Translations under genes and position numbers: made by a program
Shown here: positions 36,311-49,340 of the stretch, one piece after another
Layout of the letters: every line of letters begins with the position of its first letter
Numbering within the stretch: the stretch's first letter is position 1
From: Chara braunii
Lineage: Eukaryota > Plantae > Charophyceae
Assembly: GCA_003427395.1 (NCBI GenBank)
Contig: BFEA01000001.1
Coordinates: 4,560,412 to 4,624,411, forward strand
Length of the DNA stretch: 64,000 bases
Direction of reading: 5' to 3'
The notes under the pieces: generated by a model
What the model was told of the DNA's origin: nothing
The model's input: the letters and a program-made list of their open reading frames with translations, nothing else
The model's database searches: none

Positions 36311-37752
36311 GAAAACCAACTTTCCAAAAGGCAAAAATACCTAAAATCAGACAAGAAGAAGAAATCTCATGTTTACTCCCATGCATCGCAGATAATGTTT
36401 GGTAGCAAGAAGTAGGGGACCAACCCATAACAAGAAGTAGGGGACCAACCCGAATTCCGGAAGATCAATTATCCCTCTCTTTCAATCCTAAGCTGCTGCG
36501 ACAATACGTGTTTCTAAAAGTGAAACACTAAGAGCAATCCACGCGCCAAAACAGAGACAGTAAGAATTTTACTTCTCAAAGAAATCAAGAGACAGCTAAG
36601 CGATCAAAGAAATGCAGTGCACTAAAATACGACAAACTAGCCTAGAAAACAGCTAGAAAAACGAAGAGTATGCTCTAGACTTCGTAACTGAATATGGCCA
36701 CAGAAACAACCAGGTTCAGTGTACAAAACATAAGAGCTAAAATTTTAGACAACAATGACTTATACCAGGGAACAATCATACCCTAAAATGCGAGCAAAAG
36801 AGTCAAAATTGAAATTAAGTACATCTATCCTATCATAATACCAATTAGCAAGCAACTTCTTCTATAGATTATGTCGTCAGCCCATGATGGTTGTTCTTGC
36901 CAACTTCTTGGTATTGTCGTAGGTCATCTTGATGTTGGCCATGACGACTTCACTTTTAAATGACGAATCCAAAGACCTTTAGATGTCGTGGTGTCATCGC
37001 CAACGCTCACCAAAAGTTGCTCCCACTACTCTCGGTGGCATCGCTAGGATGACACAGAGCTCCCTCGGCTGCAGGACCATGCCATGCGGCCATTAGATGG
37101 TGAGAAAGGAGCCCCCCTGCTAGCTAAGTGCTTGAGGAAAGGACAACTCGTCTGATGTTAAGATTCTGTTAGGTATTTAAGTTGGTATGAACGTCGGATA
37201 CAAGGCTGCCAAAATGCCTTGAAGTAAGAGTGCAAAGGCACTCCCTAACCCACTCAAGGGCTAGGCTACGCCAGGGCACTATCGCTATTGCTCTCACACA
37301 ACTATGGTGCTTGGCAGGGTAAGCGCCTCGTGAGAAAAATTAGCATCGACATACTCAGACGATGTGACCTACTCAGCCGCCACCGACGACCGGGTGCCGC
37401 CACCGCCGCTATCGCCGCTTCATTGCGAGCGCATTCGCCGGGTTGTGGGGTTTGAAAAGCCCTACAACCGTATATTTTTTCTTTTGGATTTAAAGTTTTA
37501 GACATTTTTTTTTTTTTTTTAAATAGAAAACGAAAAAAAACAAGTATTGTAATCAAAAGAAACGTAATAAAAAAGGGATTTTTTCTTTTATTTTTTTCTG
37601 ATTGCTGGTGGGATAAACATGGTGCACATGTTTCTTTGAATTTTTTTTACAACAGATGCAAACATAAAAGTGAAAAAAGATTATAAGGAAAAAAAAAAAC
37701 TTAAAAAAAAAAACAAAGACGTTTTTTTTTTTTTTTTTTTTTTTTCTGATTG

Positions 37753-37795
<43 letters not shown>

Positions 37796-37807
37796 ATGAT
37801 TGATTGG

Positions 37808-37838
<31 letters not shown>

Positions 37839-38749
37839 NNNNNNNNNNNNNNNNNNNNNNNNNNNNNNNNNNNNNNNNNNNNNNNNNNNNNNNNNNNNNN
37901 NNNNNNNNNNNNNNNNNNNNNNNNNNNNNNNNNNNNNNNNNNNNNNNNNNNNNNNNNNNNNNNNNNNNNNNNNNNNNNNNNNNNNNNNNNNNNNNNNNNN
38001 NNNNNNNNNNNNNNNNNNNNNNNNNNNNNNNNNNNNNNNNNNNNNNNNNNNNNNNNNNNNNNNNNNNNNNNNNNNNNNNNNNNNNNNNNNNNNNNNNNNN
38101 NNNNNNNNNNNNNNNNNNNNNNNNNNNNNNNNNNNNNNNNNNNNNNNNNNNNNNNNNNNNNNNNNNNNNNNNNNNNNNNNNNNNNNNNNNNNNNNNNNNN
38201 NNNNNNNNNNNNNNNNNNNNNNNNNNNNNNNNNNNNNNNNNNNNNNNNNNNNNNNNNNNNNNNNNNNNNNNNNNNNNNNNNNNNNNNNNNNNNNNNNNNN
38301 NNNNNNNNNNNNNNNNNNNNNNNNNNNNNNNNNNNNNNNNNNNNNNNNNNNNNNNNNNNNNNNNNNNNNNNNNNNNNNNNNNNNNNNNNNNNNNNNNNNN
38401 NNNNNNNNNNNNNNNNNNNNNNNNNNNNNNNNNNNNNNNNNNNNNNNNNNNNNNNNNNNNNNNNNNNNNNNNNNNNNNNNNNNNNNNNNNNNNNNNNNNN
38501 NNNNNNNNNNNNNNNNNNNNNNNNNNNNNNNNNNNNNNNNNNNNNNNNNNNNNNNNNNNNNNNNNNNNNNNNNNNNNNNNNNNNNNNNNNNNNNNNNNNN
38601 NNNNNNNNNNNNNNNNNNNNNNNNNNNNNNNNNNNNNNNNNNNNNNNNNNNNNNNNNNNNNNNNNNNNNNNNNATTCCGCTATCCTGCCCCACTATCCCG
38701 CTCCAGCGACCCCGCTTTTCTCTTTCTCTTTGCAAGGGGGCAAAACGCA

Positions 38750-38998
38750 AAGATGACCTGGGCCACTAGAGGTAAAACGAAAATACATAGGGCCTGGGAA
38801 AATTCGGTAAGTATCAGGACATTTTGCAAGGATGGACAGTACCCGGGAGGGGTATTTTGCAAAGATGACGGATCCAACCAACGCCAGGGGTATTTCGCAA
38901 AACTTTTTTGTGTCAGAGGAGTATTCCGCTCTACCCACATCTTTTAGGGACATTTTGACACATATCTCAACTTATAGGGGTATTTTGCAAATTATCCC
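38750..38998. mobile_element. MULE MITE right part (same family as 12582-12964)
   Basis: gctctacccacatcttttaggg.cattttgac...aaattatccc terminus. Confidence 0.8.
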
Positions 38999-39589
38999 TT
39001 TTTATTTTTATTATTTTTATTGTTTTTCACCCACCAACCCTCCACCCCGCCCCGAAAATCGTTTTTTTTTACTTGTGTTTTTTTAACTTTTTTCTAGGGG
39101 GTAGGGTCGGGGTTCCAGAACCGCAATCCGCAACCCCCACCCCCAAACCCCTCCTCCTCTGACCGCTACGTGGCTGCGAAAATCGTCGCGGCTGCGGTTA
39201 TCATGACAAAGTCGCGGCCATGACTGCAAGCTGCGGTCGTGACTGCGGCGACTGCAACCAAGGGGGATTCATATGTTTACCGAAGAGCTCTGTTTAACAG
39301 TATATACATATATTTATTTGATTCATAAAGGTGTGGAGGGCAAGAAGCAACTTACCTAAGACAGACGACTCCGCCAGCAAGGAAACACCGATCCCATCCG
39401 ACATAGGTCCGAAAAAACTTGGAGAGCCCTCCACGTCGGCCCACAAAACCACAAAACAACATAACACAAAAGACTGCACTAACAAAAAAGCACCGACCGA
39501 CGACCACACATACCAATGGAAGAAAAACATTTTTTTAAAGCCCTCTGCGACGACCAACAACGCCACCAAAAATCATTAATACACCGCAG

Positions 39590-40391
39590 TGCTGTTTCTC
39601 CAGCCACGGGGATGTCGCCATTCTATTGCGACATCGGCTACCACCCTCGCGTACCCGCGGATTTCCTACGACCGTCGCGGTTGCAGTCAGAAACTCGATG
39701 TCCTGCGCTTGACGACTGGATCGCCCACATGGTGGCGATTATGAAGCACGCACACGAGTGTCTAGCCGACCGACTCCCAGACTCGTATGACCGCACGAGC
39801 AAACCGATCACGAAGGGATTCATTCAAATTCGGTGACGATGTGCTCGTCAACGCATGCTACTTGCAGCTCGAGACGGATACGCTTCGCAAGTTCCGACGT
39901 CGCTTCTTCGGTCCACATGCCGCATCCTCCAGGTCGTCGTTTCTAATATTGTCGCTAGTCCGGTCAGCTTCCATGTGAAGCTACCTGATTACCTTCGACA
40001 GACTCGCGCACACGATGTTTACCACATCTCCTTGCTGCGTCCTTATCGCAGACCGTCCGAGCGCTTCGCCGTACGTCCTTATGAGCGCCCTCCACCTATC
40101 ATGGTGGACGGTCACGAGGAGTTCGTCGTTCCCGACATCATATCTCGCCGAGTTACCGACGATACCCCTCCGCGCATCGAGTACCTTGTGCGTTGGAAGG
40201 GCTATCCTGATGAGGAGGCTACTTGGGAGCCCCTCAAACACTTAGAGCACGCCCGAATGTTGGTGCGTGCATATAACCGTGCTCGTCGTGCTGAGACATC
40301 AACTCTTACTCAGCCGAATGACCCTTTTCCTCCTCCTCCGGCTGAGGAGATTGCCGAGGACGAGCCCGCTCCTTCTGAGGCCGTTCTTTAG
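39590..40391 (+). pseudogene. Gypsy integrase C-terminus (GPY/F region) plus chromodomain, frameshifted
   Basis: ATGMSPFY, KFRRRFFGP, HDVYHISLLRPY, EEFVVPDII..EYLVRWKGYPDEEATWEP. Confidence 0.92.
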
Positions 40392-41358
40392 CACGAGACG
40401 GACGCCTCTGCGCGTCCACATCGCACTCGTGGACGCCCTCGGCATCTCGGCGATTGACACTCTGATCACCTACTATCTCCCTACGGACTCACACCATCAG
40501 GTACTCCATCATCAACTTCTTTAGGATGTCAGCGTTTTGCGGCTCTGATTCAACATCGACTCGACTCCTACTATATCGACGTCATCGACGACTTCGACGA
40601 CTTCGACGACTTCAGCTACCTTATCGGCTTCATCTACTTTGGACGTGACTACTTCACGCCACCACCCTACCCCGTACATTCCCTTGCATATGTCGCATGA
40701 TGGTTCTCACTTAGCTGGGTCTCTTTGAGTTGGGCTCTCCCTTTGTATCGTATAGGCATTGAGACCGTAGCGTTATCTTGGGTTCTTTGCTCCCAGATTT
40801 AGCTTCCTCCCCAGTCGGTGAGTTATGTGCATGTTTCCTCACCCACAACACTCGTCACCCTAGTGTCGATTTTTGCATGCCTTCAGTTAGGCATATCTAC
40901 GCCCTTGATGGTCTATTTGTTAGGGTCATTGGTTTTGTTTCGCTACCACTCTCTCACCTGGAGCCTGATGACCTATCCCACTTTCGTGTGTGACTGCCCT
41001 TAAGAGTTTCGATTCCTAGGCTGCATTCATCCCCTCTGAGACCATCCCACTCTTATTGGTTCCGCGACATCACATTATCTTCTGACATATTGCTCTTTTT
41101 CCTTTCAGCACTGAGGACATTGCCTCTAGGACTGTAGGATTGTATCATGCTATATTTTTTTTTCTGCTGATAGTTAGGATGTGTATACCAGACATTCACT
41201 TTTCATTTGACATTATGTAGCTTAGGCTGCATCGCATGGACTCCGCATGTAGCTTGCTCCACATCCTAGATTTCTTAGCTTTCTTTATTGCAGAGTTCCG
41301 CTGCTTTTGCGGATAGCGTGTTTATGGTTTTTGCGATCCATTACAAATATGAGGATTG

Positions 41359-43038
41359 TGCAGCGGGCCTCTATCTGCCCTGGCCTACAGCCAGGTCCTA
41401 TTCGGTTATTTGCCAGTTCGGCCTGTGGGACCACGCCGTGTACTGTTTCAGTCCAGTCCAGTCCTGCCCGGTACCACTGTCGGTACCAGGCCAGTCCAGT
41501 CCAGTCCAGTCAGTCCGCTGGGGGTATACCCCAACTGCAATCTGTGTTTCCTCATTCTTCACTTTTGCACATCTTGGAGTACGTGCTGATAGACCGTACA
41601 TATCTAGAGCAGAGGGGTTGGGCACTACCATGGTGCAGATCGTGCCACACCGCCTTCCCCTCCCGCAGATTACCGGAAACAATAGAGCATATATTCATGC
41701 AATGTCCGGGGGCGGTGCTCACGTGGCGATGGTGGGACAGAATCTGGTCTAAACTGGATACCGGCTCTGATTGGCCATGGGACTGGAGAGCCATATTGTG
41801 CGAGACCAGTTCCTCCCCCACCGACAATGTTTTCGAAAATAATATGTTCAAGTTAGGGCGGAGAGCAGTCATGTGGGCCCTTTGGAGAGAACGTTGCATT
41901 CACGCAATAGAGGGGGTCCGCATAGCCGGGGAAGAGGTCAATACATACAACAAGAACTCAGTGTACAGTGGCAGAAAGTGAAGAACCAATTAGAGCTGCT
42001 GCATACACCAAAGGACATAACACAAACAATTCTGCAGTTCTCCGGGGACTGGTTGGGCAATGTGAACGGGGGCTGGATCGCTGTTGTCCGTTGGGACGGC
42101 AAGCCTGCCCAGGAACGCGACCAGGATGAGTTCATAAGAGACTACGCGATCAACTTCAAGGACTGGACTACGGTGGGACAAGAGATACCGCTACGACCAC
42201 CTACAGACTTCCCCGACCCGTTCCGACCCCACCAACTGGCGATGGTCGACATGCAATGGTATGGTGTAAAATGAACAAGGCCTCACGCAGGACTAAGGAC
42301 TGACAGGCCCGAGAAAGGAAGCAGCGGGTTGTCAAGTAACACAGGAAGCAGCGAGGAAAGCACGACTGATCCGACGATCTGGTGCTGTCGGAAGACTCCC
42401 GCACAGTTACATCCTTGGAGGACAAAGCAATCAGGACGCTGGACCCGTTTTCCAGCAAGGGGACGTTGGGCCCTTGAATATTAGAGATATTTGAGACAAC
42501 ATTTGGGAAGGGGCAGAAGGAGAAGAGCTAGTTTTAGTAGCAGACATCTGGCGCCCGTTTTAAGGCGAAGAGGCTCCTTTTCTTCTTCCAAGACCTCCTG
42601 CTCAGTCAATCCTCTGGATTCCAGAGTNNNNNNNNNNNNNNNNNNNNNNNNNNNNNNNNNNNNNNNNNNNNNNNNNNNNNNNNNNNNNNNNNNNNNNNNN
42701 NNNNNNNNNNNNNNNNNNNNNNNNNNNNNNNNNNNNNNNNNNNNNNNNNNNNNNNNNNNNNNNNNNNNNNNNNNNNNNNNNNNNNNNNNNNNNNNNNNNN
42801 NNNNNNNTTGCTCCCCACCAATAGATGGAGCCTCTCCTCAGGTGGTAGCGGTGTCTGCTCTTACCAGCACCTCTAGCACTGGAAGGGAGTTAAAAAAAAA
42901 AAAAGAAAAAAAAAGCAGTACGTGCGTGTTGAGTTTGCGTCGGATCTGCGCTGTCCCTTCCAGCTCCATCTCTACGTCCTCCTTTGTCAACCCTCCTTCT
43001 CCATCCTGACGGAACGCCATCCCGGCGGGTCCGGCACA
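41359..43038 (+). repeat. 3' LTR, interrupted by a LINE
   Basis: Matches the 5' LTR on both sides of the 41587-42916 insertion. Confidence 0.88.
41587..42916 (+). mobile_element. 5'-truncated L1-type LINE with 9-bp TSD
   Basis: WCRSC...ETIEHIFMQCP; module and polyA at 42808-42914; TSD agtacgtgc at 41578-41586 and 42917-42925. Confidence 0.9.
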
Positions 43039-43200
43039 TCCAGAAACTAACGGGCAAGCAGAACAAATGGAGTAGATAGTGAATTCATTGCTCTTGATCA
43101 GCTAGTTACCAATAGCAAAAAATCTATAGAACCACTCATTACTTAAGTGACCGATATGACCTTGTATGAGTTGTAGGCCCGTTGGCCAGTTCACCGTGCT
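43039..43200 (+). pseudogene. Old Gypsy integrase, 3' continuation
   Basis: (H)PETNGQAEQM, equivalent to HPQTDGQTER, resumes exactly after the TSD. Confidence 0.7.
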
Positions 43201-44419
43201 ATCGACTACTTATTGTCTCATCAACATGCGAGGGATGGTTGATGGAAGGCCCAAATTTTGGGTTTCTCGCCGCATCACCACAAGCAATGTTATCAAAAAT
43301 TTTGCGAACAAACAATGAAGGCTCATAATACAAACATAAAAAAATCAAACATGCAAAAGAAGACGAGAAAAAATGAAAATCAAAAGCACTATAAAACCCT
43401 ACTTGGAGTAGCTTTTGGAGTTCGCCAAAATTTTCTCCGAATTCGGTGTTTTTGCCTACTTTTTCGTTACCGGTCCAAATACGTCGAAACTGAATACAGA
43501 TATATCCTAAAGCACAAACATATCACACACACACACAAAAGAAACAAGAAAAAAAGCAAAAATTCATGGAAATATGGTGGTTTCGGTGAAAAATTTGCCG
43601 AAAATGATACCATGATATTACCATCTATTAACCATTAGTGTGGCATGCTGGTCTGACCCCTGGCATGCCTTCTTACGGTGGAAAAGTACCAGAAATTGTT
43701 TGCACGTGGTATCTCAGCAACGTGCAAAGAGCAGGAGCCTGGAGGTCATTGTTAAGCACACAAATAAGCAATGCAGACTAGCTACATTCAAAGGGGGGAA
43801 CAACTTATGGGTTAAAGAGTCTGGGGGCAAACCATGACAAAAAGACAAAAGTCTGGGGAGGGTGGAGGGGAGAGAGAGGAGGGGGGGGGGGGGATAGAGG
43901 ATGCAAGAGTAAGAAGTTAGAAGAAGACCGTCAAGAAAGAGGGAGAAGGACGCAGGTAGGAAAAAGGGGTATGCGGGGAGTTGGCAGATTTGGACTCGTG
44001 CACACGCCAGCATGGATATTTAAGATTCCATGTGCGAGGAAACAACAACGAATTTGCTAAGGTTTCGGCAAAGGGCAAAAAATATGAGATTGGATTCGGA
44101 GTTCGAGAACTCCAAACAAAGGTTTCTACCCGGAATGGATGAGGTCAACCCAATGTTAACTGTCAGATATCCGTACAAAGTTACAAACATATACATGTAG
44201 TCCAGTGGGTTCTACCACTGACTCATTGCATGTTTTGAATTTTCTTTGGTGCTACTAGATCATGGTTCAAGGCTACAAGCATTTGTTTTCTTCTATGACG
44301 TAATAAAGCAATGACCATTATCATATATCCATCAAAGGTCCGCTTTGTAAAGGGAGAGAGGGAAAAAGAAAAGGTCCGCTTTGTTTGTAGCAGACTGGGG
44401 AAGTCCCGGTGACTGCTAT

Positions 44420-44560
44420 GGACGCTGGGCCCAGTTTCCAGAAGGTGCTGCTCCCCACCGATAGATTGGAGCACCCGGCTGTGGGATACTATGTGGAGGT
44501 GCTCATATCACCCCACCTAGTGCTCCCTAGCCCAGTCAAAAAAAAAAAGAAAAAAAAAAA
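44420..44560 (+). other. Structured 3' module copy plus polyA
   Basis: Hairpin, pseudoknot and a covaried terminal hairpin GTGG-A-GGTG-CTCATAT-CACC-CCAC. Confidence 0.8.
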
Positions 44561-45086
44561 GCTATGGACTTGTACGGAAGATCAAGCGGCCAGTGTCGAG
44601 GGAGAGATGGACTTGTACGGAAGATCAGGCGGCCAGTGTCGAGGGAGGAAGGCATAACCAGCTCGTCTGACGTAGCTGATGCCGTTTTTTCCCCCCTGTA
44701 ACCTTACAGGCGTGTGGCTAATCGGGAGTTCTCGAGGGAGGAAGACACTCTTTGTCGTCTGAACCAGGCTGGTCGGTACTGGGGAAGTTTGTGTTGCTCT
44801 GTAACCCTAGCACAAGGGGGTATACGATCAGCTGAGTTCTGGTACGAGGACTCAATGCTCGGACTGGCGTTTTTCTTTTTATTGTTGAAGGGGAGGTGTA
44901 AACAGTAGGAGGTTTGGATTGTGGTTGGGTAGATCATAGGCGTTTTTTCTGAAAACTGTAGTTGTTCTTAAGGTTTTTCTCAAAGTTTTTTGCAGGTTTG
45001 GTAATCGACTGATTGTTCTCTTAGCCGAAGTCAGGTAATGGCCCCGGAACTTCAAATGTGTCACATAATCTCAGTTGTACTTCAAA

Positions 45087-45166
45087 GGGACGCTGAGCCC
45101 GGTTCTCAGCACGTGACGCTTCCCACGAATAGATTGGAGCTTTTGTCCTCCCCCCCAAAAAAAAAA
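45087..45166 (+). other. Divergent 3' module copy with compensatory changes
   Basis: GCTGAG/CTCAGC, CGTG/CACG, GCTTC/GGAGC. Confidence 0.8.
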
Positions 45167-45299
45167 TAGATCAAGCGGCCATGCTGCTGGCTGAAGAGGC
45201 AGTTCTCACTTCACGAAGAAAAGGAAAAATGGCCGGTCTAGCAGCATTGTCATCATCTAATTGTCTCTATCATCAATAGCATCATCAGATCTTCCTGGA

Positions 45300-45491
45300 G
45301 GGACGCTGGGCCCGGTTCCCAGCATGTGCTCAGCTACCAATTTAACATTGTATTTCAGGGAACGCCGGACCCGCTTTCCAGCAGGTGTAGCTCCCCACCG
45401 ATAGACTGGAGCCCCCTGCTTCACAGGTGGGAGTGCATGCTCCTGCCATCACTCCTATCTGTTGTCGCGGGTGTCCTTAAAAAAAAAAAAA
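45300..45491 (+). other. 3' module copy with duplicated first hairpin plus polyA
   Basis: Hairpin at 45300 and full module at 45358; paralogous to 63804-64000. Confidence 0.8.
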
Positions 45492-45823
45492 GAAAGATCA
45501 GGAGGCTTTGCTGCGCTCCATGTCTTGAGCCTCCGCGCAATGTTTTCTGGATTTTGTCATCTCACAACCACATGGTTGGGTAGAGTCGTGTATGCCGTGT
45601 CATGCTACTAGCCATGCCAGGGTGGAATGTTATGGGCTTCAAGTGGATCCCAGCTTGGCTTACCTATTATTAGTTGCAGGTTTGGTTGCTGATGAGGAAG
45701 TTGAACTTGGGAGTAGACTGCACACCTTTTGCTTCTGGAGGCGATCCAAACGGCAAGCGAATCTGGTTGTTGTACCCCGCATAAACAAATTGTATCGAAG
45801 GGTAAATAAGTAGCACGGTTCGA

Positions 45824-45995
45824 ACCCAAGAGCCTAGCTCAGTGGGTATACCCATGAACTGTTAAAATACAGACCTGTGTTCGAATCCAGATGATGGAAC
45901 TTGACGAGTAAAACCAACTATTAATGAATTGCTTGGGGCCGGTCAGCTCAATGATAATATCTCAAGGCCGTCGCCCTTTATATAAAAAAAAAAAG
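45824..45995 (+). mobile_element. tRNA-derived SINE with 14-bp TSD
   Basis: A-box tagctcagtgg, B-box gttcgaatcc, polyA; TSD gtagcacggttcga at 45810-45823 and 45996-46009. Confidence 0.88.
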
Positions 45996-46173
45996 GTAGC
46001 ACGGTTCGACAATGCAGCCCTGTCACTCCCGGACGTCGACACTGAACAGGCTGTATGTGGGCCCTCCGTTGACAACGTTGGCACATCAAGGACCCTCAAA
46101 GCCCCACCATGCCCCTATGTAGGGCGAAGAAGGGTTATCAAAAACAGGCACTCCACTGGCCCTTCTGTGCTTG

Positions 46174-46365
46174 AAACCACCAGTACACCCGGGCCCGGAG
46201 GCGCTCCACTGTGTGCGAAGCTTGTCCGAGCCGCCAGCGGGGCACTTCTTTTCTTTTTGGCTGGCGCCGCCAGCCATTGTGGTCCTGTAGGCCCCAGCCG
46301 CAAAATTTTCGGAGTAGGCGACAAACAAATATCTGCAAGGCTGGGGGCCGTGTACCGGTGGTTTA
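46174..46365. mobile_element. MITE (AACCACCAG termini)
   Basis: aaaccaccagtacac / gtgtaccggtggttt; internal homology to 24110-24313. Confidence 0.8.
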
Positions 46366-46651
46366 GAACTTCAGTGGCCTTGAGTGTCTCCGAGCATCCC
46401 TCCTCGGGAAAATAAAAATAAAAAAATTGGCGGTTACAAATAGGCTCGGAATAGGTCTGGCGAGAAGGCTGGTAGTGGCCTGCCACTGATTTACTTATTA
46501 AGGACTCAGATTTCAACCTCCACCGCTCCACCCGCCTGGCCCAGAGGCTGCTGTGGGCTAGGTTTGGCAAGTGAGGTTCAGGGGTACTGGGGATTCAATT
46601 CTCCTCTCAACATATGCTCCCTCATTATATTGCAGAAGATGCAAAGGCGCC

Positions 46652-46730
<79 letters not shown>

Positions 46731-47362
46731 CACAAAATTTGACAGCCACAATGTGACAGAGAGAGAGAAAAAGAAAGAGATAGAGGGAGTGGGGTCCGTG
46801 TGTGTGCATGTGTGCGTGCGTGCATGCGTGTTGTCGTGTTTGCTGGACACAATTCCATAGGAAAGCATGACTGCGGCAAAGCGTTTCTTGGAGCTTCTGC
46901 ACATAACTGCCATGCAGATGGCAGCTGCCTCTGTAGGCTGTAGTAGCCGCTGTGCCTTTTCCAAGTAAAAAAATAAGTACTGCATGGTCATGCGCACTGC
47001 ACGGGGTCAAACGCAAATTGTAGTGTTTGCGCTCAGCCTATGCACCGGGCTGTTTTTCAAAATGCACACGTCGGATGCAAACCCACTTTTTTTCCCTTTT
47101 TTCTGCAGCCAGGCTGTTTGTGGTCTGGAGTGGCATTTTGTTCCGAAAACCGTGCACACTGCTGCCTACTGTGCACCGGCACCGACCTGCTGCTGTTTTT
47201 CTTTTTTTTTTTTTTTTTTTGCCTGCTGCTGTTTTCCATGAAGCTGTTAGACAAACAGTACATGCTCACTTGTGATTGGCTGAGTGAGCGTGCCAGTGTG
47301 ACATTTGGTGGTCTTTCTTTCCTTTCTTTTTTTTCTTTTTTTTTTCCCAAATGAAAGGAGAT

Positions 47363-47760
47363 CTTTTTTTATTAATAATAAAACTGGAAACCGGGTCCAG
47401 CATCCCTTACAACAAAAATACGCACTCTACTCTACGCCTCCCTTCCTTATGGGCAAGGGATCAATCCCCAGACAGCAAGCAACAGCGTTGATTACTTCCC
47501 TTTTCTGGGAAGGATGTACCACCACTAACTCCACCCCTGCTTGCTTTTTTCCAGACCACTCTTTCTGGGTCTAATTTGACTCCCGGCTCGCTCGGCCACA
47601 ACTCGACATTCTGCATGTCTGTGGCCTGAAACGCAGACCAAATACCTTCGGACTTATCCAGCACTCGGAACGCATAGAGATGAGAAACAGGTTCATATAC
47701 ATTTTTCAGAGAGGTTTGTAGTGGGGCAGGGCCCTCTGATACCATCCCCTATCAAAACTA
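47363..47760 (-). mobile_element. Possible decayed LINE fragment ending in the first module hairpin
   Basis: gggatgctggacccggtttccag on minus at 47384-47406 followed by an A-rich tail; ORF segment VKLDPERVVW resembles LQFDPDEWEW in LINE ORF2. Confidence 0.35.
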
Positions 47761-48638
47761 CACTCGTTGAAAAAACTTGGTCAGAACAACAATCCCTCTC
47801 CGTCCACTGCCGTGACCTGTCAGAAAGGTCAGTGAGAAATACAAACACTAACCATTTTCCGTGCTGCGCTCTTGTCAAACTGAAGCCCTAGAGCTGATTC
47901 AACCCTAATTTGGAAGGAAAGGGCCTGTACCGGGCCTGCGAACCGGGTCCAGTAGAGCGTCCCCTTTGTAAAAGTACACGTTCCTTTCCCACTGTATATC
48001 ATTGTATTCTGTGGTCTTCTCACTTTAATACTCTGTCTGCTTATAAATGACCTGGCTTTCTGGTAACTTGGTCAGGAGATCGTCAGGGACGGCTCGGGCT
48101 ATTTTGCCCCTTTTGAGCACACTGTCAGGGGCCATGCTGATCTTCTCTGTATGAACGACGTGAGCAAGCAAGACAGGATGCCCCTACCCTGACCTACTTT
48201 GTATTCTTATATACTGACCTTCGATCTGCTGTCTCGTGACGAGGGGTTACTAATTGTGCCGACCGTTGTGCTGTCAGCTCATTGACCTTATCCGCCGATT
48301 GTCGTAATGTGCTGTCTGGCTGCTTCTTCGATGACTGCTGCCGCATCCTTCGCCCCCTACTGTCTGTCGTACCTTAAGGGGTGTGGCTCATTACCTTCTC
48401 TATCTCGAGCTAATATGGCTTATGGTGGTCGCCTTTTTTTTTCAGCCAAGAAATTTGAGCTCAACTTGTTGCATGCACAGTGTGCTTACGCGATCTGCTG
48501 AAAAAAGGTTGAATCAGGTCTGTATTTCAGGCCCATTCTGGGGACCTATCTTAGCCTGCTGGGGAGTTCTTGTGGAAAGAAGAGGGGCGATTGCTTTTAA
48601 CGGAATGGGCCCGATAGGTCCCGAAGCCACCTACCGAC

Positions 48639-48714
48639 GGGCCTATCTAGCTCAGGTGGTACACCTATCAACTCTTGAAATACAGACCCGAGTTTGAATC
48701 CAGACGCCACGCCA
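48639..48714 (+). mobile_element. tRNA-like SINE head (same family as 45824)
   Basis: tagctcaggtgg ... aaatacagacc.gagtttgaatccaga. Confidence 0.65.
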
Positions 48715-48796
48715 GAGAATGGAGAGCTGCTGTTTAGTCTCCGTTGTGAGCAGGAGGACCAAGAAGTCTCCAATCACATCACCCCACAGTTTACAG

Positions 48797-49340
48797 TGCC
48801 CAACCAAAACGGGTCAGCCGCAGTGGCAAGGCTGCGCAGCGGGCGGGGACTCTCGATCGTGCCACGATCTCGCTCTCTCGATCGCACCACAATCTCCCTC
48901 TCTCTCGATCACACCACGATCTTCCTCTCTCGATCGCACCACGATCTCCCTCTATCTTCAGAACAATTGCTTGATAAGACAGAGTACAGTTTTAGTTACC
49001 GATGAGCCCAACCAAAACGGATCAGCCGCAGTGGCAGGGCTGCGCAGCGAGCGGGGACTCTCGATCGCATCACGATCTCCCTCCCTCTCTTGATTGCACC
49101 ACTATCTCCCTCCCTCTCTTGATTGCACCACGATCTCCCTCCCTCTCTTGATTGCACCACGATCTCCCTCCCTCTCTTGATTGCACCACGATCTCCCTCC
49201 CTCTCTTGATTGCACCACGATCTCCCTCCCTCTCTTGATTGCACCACGATCTCCCTCTCTCAATCGCATCACAATCTCCCTCTATCTTCAGAACAATTGC
49301 TTCATAAGACAAGACTATATTTTTAGTTACCGATGAGTCG
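48797..49340. repeat. Duplicated unit with internal 29-bp minisatellite (about 6 copies)
   Basis: cccaaccaaaacgg...ttttagttaccgatgag occurs twice; gatctccctccctctcttgattgcaccac repeated at 49074-49250. Confidence 0.9.

Larger units (their letters stand above)
31960..43038 (+). mobile_element. Chromovirus-type Gypsy LTR retrotransposon, internally deleted, with nested insertions
   Basis: TG..CA LTRs, 5-bp TSD TCCAG (31955-31959 and 43039-43043), PBS and chromodomain integrase remnant. Confidence 0.9.

Noticed and set aside
49074-49250. CRISPR array
   Set aside because: Head-to-tail 29-bp minisatellite with no unique spacers and no cas genes; eukaryotic context
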